From Macrostomum lignano (taxonomy: Eukaryota), in assembly GCA_002269645.1 (NCBI GenBank), contig NIVC01000349.1:248001-312000 (forward strand): DNA of 64,000 nt. Reading direction: 5' to 3'. A program made the position numbers and the translations under genes. Positions 34,996 through 44,887 of the stretch are shown here, in pieces; position 1 is the first letter of the stretch, and each line of letters opens with the position of its first letter. Below the pieces are notes generated by a model. The model worked only from the letters and a program-made list of their open reading frames with translations. It did no database searches and had not been told where the DNA came from.

Positions 34996-35814
34996 GTTTG
35001 ATAACAGCTGACAGGCTTATTTGCATAGAGCGATGCTATGAGAATGAATTCAGTCAGTCAGTTTAAGGCAGAATGCTGGCTCTCTGCCTCTGCCTACCCT
35101 TCAACTGAATCGAGTGAACTCGCAGTGCCCGAAGTTGGTTCTACATGTACGTATGCATATTGTTTTGGCAAACTGGATTACAAAAAGGTACGGCTCATAT
35201 ATTACAGTGTACTACATGTATTTGAGTGGCGAATTGGTGACGGTTTAAATGTTGCTAGGGCTACGTGTATGTGACCCGGCCGGTGCTCTACTACCTTGAA
35301 TTCATGCCCACGGTTAGGCTGGGCACTGATATTGAGGAAAAAATTGCCACAAGACGGCACCTATGTGCCATTAAACTACTGCCTTTCTGTAGTTTGGAAA
35401 GCCCACTCATTAAAATTCATGTGCCTATCTTTGCTGTGTATGGCACTATATGTTTCGGTACACTTTAAAACAAAATATTTTATTGCTCTAATAGAATTTT
35501 TGCTAATCAGATGATAATTATGAATAGACCACAAAGGACTTTGGGAAAATATTGCCCCATATCTGCTTGAGCAATAAAACGCTGCACCACAGGTAGCTTA
35601 TGCCTTATAATTGCAGTCATAAAGAGGAATTTATCAATAGTAATAACACAGTAGTATCTTATCTATAATTGCTTTGTAATATTTCTGCCAGGTGCGTTAA
35701 CTTGGTTATCATACTGCTCAATTTACTTATAAAGGTTTGATCTAGTTCTATTTGATCTAAAACAAGCGAGTGCCTGAACTGAAAGAGTTGTTTGCATAGC
35801 TTGTACTGTCTACA

Positions 35815-37217
35815 ATGCCAACGACAAAAAAAACTCATAACGAGAACAGGCAAAGTTTGTGCCTGCTCTGCTTGAGACGAGCTTCTGCGCTGATTTCTTC
35901 TTGCTCTAATTTCGAATCCGTGGCAGCCGACTTGTTCCAGGACTACGAGGCAGTGCGGCACTTTCTACCTGAAGGAGTTTGCCAGGGCTGCAGGCGCGTT
36001 TTATCGTCACTAAGAAGTCTGACGCCTCGTGCTCTGCCACCGCGACCAGATTACGAGAAGATAATAGCCGACATGAAGAGTCTGCCTCAGCCACCAGAAG
36101 CAGACCGGATTGCAACTGCCAACTGTGCGAAATGGCTCGTGGCAATCACCACAAAGCGCAGCGATCCAAAGACGCCTTACACAACAGGTCCTGCTCGAGC
36201 CCCACCTGGTCGACCACGCGAAAGATCCCAGCACCAGCTGAAGGAGCAACGGCTGTGCTTTCCTGCTCATACTGTCATTCTCCAGTTGGGCGTGGCAAAC
36301 AGCACAAATGCAACTCGACAGCTAAGGTGACTAACATTGAGCAAACAGTCAGCCCAAGGACAAGGGAGATGCTGGCCAGCAACTGCATTGCCGAAAAGAC
36401 GGGTGGGTCGACGGCGGATTCGAATTCGATCACTCTGGCCAGACATCGAGGCGGCCATCCGATTCGAGTTGCTGTGCATGTTGCTCAAAACAGCAGTGCG
36501 AGCTTTCCTCCAACGAGGACGGACACTATGATGCACTTGAAAACAACTCTGAATCTGAGCAACAATCAAGTGCTACAGGCTGCTCAAGTGCTTCGTGCTG
36601 GCGCGAGCTCATCTCGTGCAGTCGAGTCAAACTTGAAGAAAATTTGGTACAGCAAAATCGGCATTAGAGATTACTTCGACATCCAGAATCTCCAGTTCTC
36701 GGAGCTGACCTCGACTGCCGCAACAGCCGACACTATTTGCCGCCCGAGTTGTCTGCAACGACTCGGTCAAACTCATTGCACATGTTGCTCAGCAACGCAG
36801 TTTCAATGATTTTCACTGTCTGCTGGGTCTCGATGGTGGCGGCGGATTTTTTAAAGTTTGCGTTTCGATAATTGGCTCTAACGCAAAACCCGAAATCGGA
36901 ACTCGAACGCCAAACAGCAGGAAATTCTGTGACACGGGTGTCAAGAAGATCCTGTTGCTTGCGATCGTCAACGACGTTCCTGAGACTTACGGAAATATTC
37001 AGGCTCTGCTAGAGGCGATCGCTGTCAACGAACTTCAAATCCCAGTCACTGCAGATATGAAAGTTGCAAACATCATCTGCGGACTGCAACCTCATTCCTG
37101 TACACATCCGTGCCCTATTGCGAAGCTCTGGCCTCCTCTTACAGAAAATGTTGTGCCAAGAACTCTTGGGAGAATTCGGCAGTTTGCTCAGCAGTTTCAA
37201 GCAGCTGGCCAAGTTCG
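35815..37217 (+). pseudogene. Frameshifted Chapaev-like transposase (3' part lost in the gap)
   Basis: N-terminal H-x7-C-x2-C...C-x2-C...CxC-x2-C zinc-binding region (THNENRQSLCLLC, VCQGC, CNCQLC); downstream GLDGGGGFFKVC, DTGVKKILLLA, ADMKVANIICGLQPHSCTHPCPYC; at least three reading-frame changes. Confidence 0.72.
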
Positions 37218-37683
37218 NNNNNNNNNNNNNNNNNNNNNNNNNNNNNNNNNNNNNNNNNNNNNNNNNNNNNNNNNNNNNNNNNNNNNNNNNNNNNNNNNNN
37301 NNNNNNNNNNNNNNNNNNNNNNNNNNNNNNNNNNNNNNNNNNNNNNNNNNNNNNNNNNNNNNNNNNNNNNNNNNNNNNNNNNNNNNNNNNNNNNNNNNNN
37401 NNNNNNNNNNNNNNNNNNNNNNNNNNNNNNNNNNNNNNNNNNNNNNNNNNNNNNNNNNNNNNNNNNNNNNNNNNNNNNNNNNNNNNNNNNNNNNNNNNNN
37501 NNNNNNNNNNNNNNNNNNNNNNNNNNNNNNNNNNNNNNNNNNNNNNNNNNNNNNNNNNNNNNNNNNNNNNNNNNNNNNNNNNNNNNNNNNNNNNNNNNNN
37601 NNNNNNNNNNNNNNNNNNNNNNNNNNNNNNNNNNNNNNNNNNNNNNNNNNNNNNNNNNNNNNNNNNNNNNNNNNNNNNNNNNA
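37218..37683. other. Assembly gap (466 N)
   Basis: Run of N inside the Chapaev element. Confidence 1.
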
Positions 37684-38701
37684 AAGAAATGGCAGTGTTG
37701 TTAGTCTTACAGTAAAGTAGTATTCAAAGGACCCTATAAATTTAAAATACTAAAATTTTTGCAAGCTCCCGTACTGTAGAAAGCTTTCATACTTTTGCTA
37801 CTTTATATCTAAATACGAGCGTACCTTTGCAAATATTATTGCAGAAATGCATGTAGTTCTGGTTAATATTTGAGGAACTTGCTACACAAAAAGAGAATAT
37901 AGTTATTTCGAAATTTTTCTATAAAACCCATGCTGTTTCTGAGTATTTAAATGTAAACAATTTGTAATGTTAGAAATCGTAAAATTATTTAACTTACTAA
38001 CTTACAAGCTAGTTAACAAGTAAAACAAGCAATAATACTACACAAACATTAACCTAAATAAACTTCTTGTAATCTTGTACTCTTTTTTGTACAAGTATAC
38101 ATTAAGTCTGTCACTTGCTAAAAATTTCTGCTTGTCTTATTAACGAGAGCAATTAATGAGAGCAATTGTACACAGATTGTACACAAAGATAGGCACATGA
38201 ATTTTAATGAGTGGGCTTTCTGAACTACAGAAAGGCAGTAGTTTAATGGTACATAGGTGCCATCTTGTGGCAATTTTTTCCCCAATATCAGTGCCCAGCC
38301 TAACCGTGTGCCCGTAAGGCTCAGCCTCCGATCATTTACTAATTATTTAATGTCGCGAAAGGGGACTCTCAGTCCCCAACATCCTGCATGGTATTTAGGG
38401 GGCCTATACTAGGGTCTTGTCCTTGGGGCCTTCGACAAGTGACTGCCGCAATTTGACTGGGGACTATGAACTCTAAACATTGGCACCTCAACATTAGAGC
38501 GGCGGCACTCGAACCAAAATAATGTTGAAGGACTACAGAATACATGCTGTATATATAGCTACGTACATGTAACGCATCTTGCACTCAATGTATCAATGTT
38601 ACATGTACAGTATCTAATATCATGCTAAAAGAGCACGTAACTTCTGAATGTACAGTGTACATATAGCAGGCTTGAGGGCATTAAAGATATTCTTCCATCT
38701 A

Positions 38702-39335
38702 TACCGAGGGTCATCTCAAAAGTTTCATTAAACACTTATTAATTTTCAACAAACGAGTGTCAGAACAGTGAACAGCTCAAAAAGCTTCAAAATAACTTCC
38801 GTTGGTTTGAATCGTGCGCTACCAGCAGCCAGGCAACTTGTGGACGCCGTCAGCAGCGCCAGATTCGCACAGGTCTTTTGCAATGCGGCCGATCTCGCTG
38901 CCTGGATGCTGGTTCCCTTGAATATCCTTGAAGCTGGTTCTTAGGCTTTGGGAAAGGCTGAAATCGCAGGGACTGAGGTCTGGGGAGTAAGTAGGATGAG
39001 GCAGCACCTCCCACTGATAGTCCCGCAGTAGGTCCTGCACAATGCGGGCTGTGTGCGAACTGGCATTGTCGTGCGGAAGGAGTGGACCAAGTTCCAGGGT
39101 CTGGCCGCTTTTTGCGCAAGGCAGGCCGAAGATGGTGGGTGTGGAAGCTCCGATAAAACTTTTGGTTGATGTTTTGGCCCTCAGAAATGCGGTGGATTAG
39201 AATAATGCCAAAACTGTCGTAGCATGCGATGATCATCATTTTGTCGGCTCCCTTGGCGCGCCGCAGAACTGATGGTTTCAGTGGCTGGGCAGAATTTTTC
39301 GACTGCCACTCGGAATTCTGGCTCTTGAGGTTGGG
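38702..39335 (-). pseudogene. 5'-truncated mariner (Tc1/mariner) transposase relic in the foldback spacer
   Basis: KMMIIACYDSFGII, LRPALRKKRP, WEVLPHPTYSPDLSPCDF (mariner YSPDL motif); mariner-like end TACCGAGGGTCATCTCAAAAGTT at 38702; frameshifted. Confidence 0.85.
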
Positions 39336-40380
39336 CTAAATGAGCTAGCTTCTCTCTGTTCTATGATCTCGTATACATGTAGCTGAATATGGCAGCTTTC
39401 AAACATTTCGTAAAAGGTGCCCCAGTTCCAAATTACGTCATATTCAACTTAAGAATATGATACCTGACCCGACCAGTCTTATACAAGTTTCTCGTAAAAG
39501 TTGCCAATGCCCTATACATGTATCCCCTAATTTTCCCCTACTATTTTCTATCTCCTCTCTGCTCTCACATATTTCTACTCTACTCCTAAAACAGGATCAT
39601 ATTTCTAAAGATGTATATAGCTAAAGCAGCAACTCGGTCCTCAGAAGCCTCCCCTAATCATTACCCTCTGAGGGATATCAACAAGCTAGATTCGGATTTC
39701 AACATTAGGAATCAGGGATATAAGGGAATTAACAATCGGGGATTGAGGTTTAGAAATGAAAATGAAAATGAAAATTGGGGATTAAGAATAAATAATGTCT
39801 AAATGAACTAGCTTCTCTCTATTCTATGATATACATGTATTCTGTAGTCCTTCAACATTATTTTGGTTCGAGTGCCGCCGCTCTAATGTTGAGGTGCCAA
39901 TGTTTAGAGTTCATAGTCCCCAGTCAAATTGCGGCAGTCACTTGTCGAAGGCCCCAAGGACAAGACCCTAGTATAGGCCCCCTAAATACCATGCAGGATG
40001 TTGGGGACTGAGAGTCCCCTTTCGCGACATTAAATAATTAGTAAATGATCGGAGGCTGAGCCTTACGGGCATGAATTCAAGGTAGTAGAGCACCGGCCGG
40101 GTCACATACACGTAGCCCTAGCAACATTTAAACCGTCACCAATTCGCCACTCAAATACATGTAGTACACTGTAATATATGAGCCGTACCTTTTTGTAATC
40201 CAGTTTGCCAAAACAATATGCATACGTACATGTAGAACCAACTTCGGGCACTGCGAGTTCACTCGATTCAGTTGAAGGGTAGGCAGAGGCAGAGAGCCAG
40301 CATTCTGCCTTAAACTGACTGACTGAATTCATTCTCATAGCATCGCTCTATGCAAATAAGCCTGTCAGCTGTTATCAAAC

Positions 40381-41182
40381 CAACAGCTCCGCTGCTTTCC
40401 GCCGCTCCCCCAACAGCTCCGCTGCTTTCCGCCGCTCCCCAACAGCTCCGCTGCTTTCCGCCGCTCCCCCCCCCAACAGCTCCGCTGCATTCCGCCGCTC
40501 CCCCAACAGCTCCGCTGCATTCCGCCGCTCCCCCCCCCAACAGCTCCGCTGCTTTCCGCCGCTCCCCCAACAGCTCCGCTGCTTTCCGCCGCTCCCCCCA
40601 ACAGCTCCGCTGCTTTCCGCCGCTCCCCCAACAACTCCGCTGCTTTCCGCCGCTTCCACCAACAGCTCCGCTGCTTTCCGCCGCTCCCCCAACAGCTCCG
40701 CTGCTTTCCGCCGCTCCCCCAACAGCTCCGCTGCTTTCCGCCGCTCCCCCAACAGCTCCGCTGCTTTCCGCCGCTTCCACCAACAGCTCCGCTGCTTTCC
40801 GCCGCTCCCCCAACAGCTCCGCTGCTTTCCGCCGCTCCCCCAACAGCTCCGCTGCTTTCCGCCGCTTCCACCAACAGCTCCGCTGCTTTCCGCCGCTCCC
40901 CCCAACAGCTCCGCTGCTTTCCGCCGCTTCCACCAACAGCTCCGCTGCTTTCCGCCGCTCCCCCAACAGCTCCGCTGCTTTCCGCCGCTTCCACCAACAG
41001 CTCCGCTGCTTTCCGCCACTCCCCCCAACAGCTCCGCTGCTTTCCGCCGCTTCCACCAACAGCTCCGCTGCTTTCCGCCACTCCCCCCAACAGCTCCGCT
41101 GCTTTCCGCCGCTTCCACCAACAGCTCCGCTGCTTTCCGCCGCTCCCCCCAACAGCTCCGCTGCTTTCCGCGGCTCCCCCCG
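40381..41182. repeat. Inverted copy of the ~30-bp minisatellite (right arm)
   Basis: Reverse complement of the left array, with a different order of variant units. Confidence 0.96.
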
Positions 41183-41760
41183 CATGCCTCCATGCCTCCA
41201 GATCTAGATTCCTTGGTTCTATCCGTGATCCAAAGATCCAACTATACAATATCTCTATCAATCAAACACTAAGTTTGCTGCTCAATCTGCTTTCCATATA
41301 CCTTGCTTGAGGAGCATTTGGATCAGTGAAGTCTAGCCAGTGTCGTTTAGATCGTCAAAAGCAATACAGCAAGGCATTACAATGTATTTCAAGCGATTCA
41401 AACGGCTATTACGCTAGTAGCATTCAACAAGATTGGTTTTGGCGCCACGCAATGTAAAATGTTTGGTACAATGTTACGTCAGTAGATACGAAGTACTATA
41501 ATAATTGTAATGCAGAACAGCGGCAGTAGCTAAATAATGACACCCGAACTTGAATTTTGCGATAATATTACACGCAATAAATAGCATTGACATCGGAAGG
41601 CAATAAGTAAAACAGTAATAAGTATAAGCTATTGAATCGCGAGTACGCGATATGCACCATCACAGTTCGCAGCTAGGCAAATTTTTTTGAAGAGAAAATA
41701 ACAACAAGGCACACCCAGTATTGTTGAGTTAAAAGTAACAGTTCACAATGGGAGGCGGTG

Positions 41761-42625
41761 TCAGATCAGTTCTCTCAGTGCGAGCTCTCTAAAGGCGTCA
41801 ACAGTGTGCGCCTGGCCAATCACCCCAGCGCCATCCAACAGGCAATCCGCGACGCGACTCGCCCGGCCGTAGCCCCGGCGCCAGGGGCCCTGCATCGTGA
41901 GCAGCAGAACGTCTTGCACTGGTTGAGAACAGTAGGCCTCCGCGTGGATGGTGTGGCCCGCCAGCTGATGTCTTCGCCTGCGGAGGGTCTCGCTAGGTGA
42001 TCGCAGCAGTCTGGCAGCGCGGCGTTCTGCAGGACGACTCGGATGGAGCGGAAGGCCGCCCAGGCCAGGCCCCTGCGTCGCGCCAAGTCCTCCTGGACAC
42101 TGGGCACAAGATCGCCGGGGTACGTGAAGCACGCGCAGCGAGGTAGAGCTGCTGCATGACTGTCGGGTGTCCCAGCAGGTGATTTTGATAGGCAGCTCCG
42201 CAGGTACAGTCATCACCTGCGTCTTCTCGATGTTCACCGCTAGCCCGACCGATGCCGCAGCTGCCACCAACCAGGCTGTCTAGCATGCGCTGAGCTCCCT
42301 CAGCCGTAGAGGCGGGCAGCGCCAGGTCGTCGGCGTAACCCAGGAGCGACAGCCGCTTCTCCGATTGGCGGCTGCTTGTTTGCCGGCACAGTAGGAAACT
42401 GTCCTCATCTGTTGGCAGGGCCCTACGTAGCACCCCATCGAGCACCAACACGAAACGGTTGGACGCAAGCGTGTCGCCTTGTAGCATCCCTGAGGTCGTT
42501 TTGAACAGGTCGGATAGTCCGTCAGGTGTCACCACGGCGGCCAGGGTCTCCTAGAAGAGAGTTATGGTTGCTGCGACCAGTCGCTCCGGCACGTGGTATG
42601 ACCTCAAGACCGGTGCGAGGACATT
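41761..42625 (-). pseudogene. Degenerate RTE-like reverse transcriptase fragment, right arm (inverted copy)
   Basis: Same motifs as the left copy; differs by one extra C in a C-run near 42120. Confidence 0.8.
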
Positions 42626-44887
42626 CTGAAGAGAGAAAAGAGAAATATTATTTTTCACTTCTGAAAAGGATAATTAAATTTTATTAGCAGAGCTACGAGA
42701 AAGGGTGAGGCTGAATAGGGATGGGGCTGGAGGGAAGGGGAGGGGCTGGAGGGAAGGGGTAGGGCTGGAGGGAAGGGGTGGGGCTGGAGAGAAGGGATGG
42801 GTCTAGAGGAGAGAAAAGGGTGGAAGCTGGAGGGGAGGGCGGGGCTAGAGGGAAGGAGGGTGGGGCTGGAAGGAAAGGATAATGGGACTAGAGGCTAGGA
42901 AGGTGGGGCTAGAGGGTAGGAGGGTGAGATTATGAAAAAAGGGTAAGAATTTAATGGGAAAACATTGTGGGACTGGGGAGGAGGGTAATACTGAAGGGAA
43001 AAGAAGGTGAGGCTTTAGAGAAGAGAATATGGGCTAGAAAGAAAAAGGTAAGGCCTAGCATTAGAGGGAAAGAAAAGGTCACAACTAGAGGGATATCATG
43101 ACTTTATATAGCGGCAATGAATAATTATTACTTAGTCTATAGTTGATTAGACTATGGCTAATTATTTCAAAAAGTTTTATATTCTAGCCAATCTAGGCAT
43201 GCTTTATCTTATATAGTTATATTCCTACTTTTGATTATTAAAATATGTTTGTTTTATCCCATAAAACAATATTATTAAAACATTTTAATATAATACATTA
43301 TAAACATAGGCTAGGCTTAGGTCTTATAAAAAGATAGGCCTAAGCTACTTAAATTAAAGAAGGACCAAATGAATTTTAGATCCAAAGAAAAAAAAGATTC
43401 TTAATCTTATTATCATTAAAAAACATATTCTAATATAGCATAAAGGCTTTATAACACAAAAGAAAAGAAAATATTTTAGACTTAGACCTACTAGTCAATA
43501 GTAGAAAATAATCAATGATTTGAAATAGAAGGCTTTGTATTACTATTAGGTAAAAAATTACTAGGCAGGTAGTTTTTATCTATTGCTATTAGATTTTAGA
43601 AGCCTAGAAAGCTTATTAAATATGCATTTTGCCTAGGCTAAACAAAAAATGGATATAGTTATGTAAATTTTAAATGATTCCAAAGTCTAAAGAGCAATAA
43701 ATAAATCTGTAAGCCTAACTAATTGGCAAGTGGTAAAATTTTATGTATAGGCAGGCTTATTTTAATAGCTAGCTAAAATGCAATTTGAATTGTACACTTG
43801 TTTACCAATATCACCCGTGGCTTGCTTATAGAATCGGCTGGTGCATACGTGCGCAAATGTATTAAATACAACGTAAAATAAAGCCAGAAATACATGCAGC
43901 GCTACACCGCTGCATTCATTACTGGGCTGCAAGGCCGTGTTTTCCGAGGATAGAATGGCCTCACGAGTGGGACACGGCTGCCGCGGTGAACGAAATTAAG
44001 TGCGTTTCCCGAGTCGAAAAATAGTAAATTTTCCTATTAAAAAAGTTATCAAAGTAAAGTTTTATCACTTTCATCAGCATTTTTGCACTCCCTTTTGTGT
44101 TGACTGTTAAGCTATTTATTTTATATTCACAACTCAATTTTTACGGCGTGCATTTTTGAAACTATCGGTTTTTTGTTTGGGCGTGCACCCAATGTGATTC
44201 GGACTACGATTTAAATTACACAGACACTGGCGGTGCAGCTTTAGTTTGATTGTTGAGTCTTACTCTTGTCTTAGGCCTATTCTTTTGTTTAATGATGGAT
44301 AAATTTTGGAAATGCCAATGCAATGGTAAGCCATTTTTAGTTTGTGTTCTAATGAAATACTGAAAATGCAATACTTGATACCATCATGGTAGCGAAGTAT
44401 ATTGTTTTATGGTTTCGTATTATAGGCCTAATATAGAGAAAATGCATTGAAATTGTCAATTGTCATCATAACTCATAAGTTGGACTTCCTGAACTTATTT
44501 ATAGTCTTTAGGTAGATAAAATAGTTGCAGTTTTGATAAGATCATAATTTTGTCTCTATAGGGATTTTTGATAGTGCTGATTTCAAATTTAAGCCTTATT
44601 TTTGTAGCTTAAAGCCAACTACGGGGGCATGGGGAGGGAGGTTTTTGGGTAGGGAGAATCTTCAATTCATGGGAATTGATTTTATCTACCTAAACTTCAA
44701 TAGAGGGATGGGGGTCTATTGAAGATTAGGTAGGCCTAGGTAAATTCCAAATTCAAGAGGGGTCTGATGAGGCCAAGGGGGGGGTGGGGCTTGACTTACT
44801 TGACTTAGCTGCAGGGCTGTCCCGGAGGGGACACAGCGGGAAGGCGCGGGCGCCCATTCCGCTAGTCCCTGAACAGCCGACGCGTCA

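Larger units (their letters stand above)
35309..38308 (+). mobile_element. Chapaev-type (CMC, Transib/RAG1-related) DNA transposon
   Basis: ~125-bp TIRs beginning CACGGTTAGGCTGGGCAC; 4-bp TSD TGCC (35305-35308, 38309-38312); empty site TTCATGCC/CGTAAGG present in the right arm near 40065-40075. Confidence 0.85.
31399..43980. mobile_element. Giant foldback-like element (12.6 kb) with ~4.1-kb inverted arms and 7-bp TSD CCGCGGT
   Basis: Left arm 31399-35308 plus 38313-38546 is the reverse complement of right arm 39834-43980; CCGCGGT at 31392-31398 and 43981-43987; both ends read CAGCCGTGTCCCAC. Confidence 0.8.

Noticed and set aside
36955-37720. ORFs running through X residues
   Set aside because: Apparent length is due to the N gap
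34106-41261. ~300-aa ORFs (GGAAESSGAV, PPTAPLLSAA)
   Set aside because: Translations of the 30-bp GC-rich minisatellite in both arms
44755-44790. CTGATGAGGCC hammerhead-like core next to the LINE TSD
   Set aside because: No closing stem II or GAAA downstream on either side of the insertion
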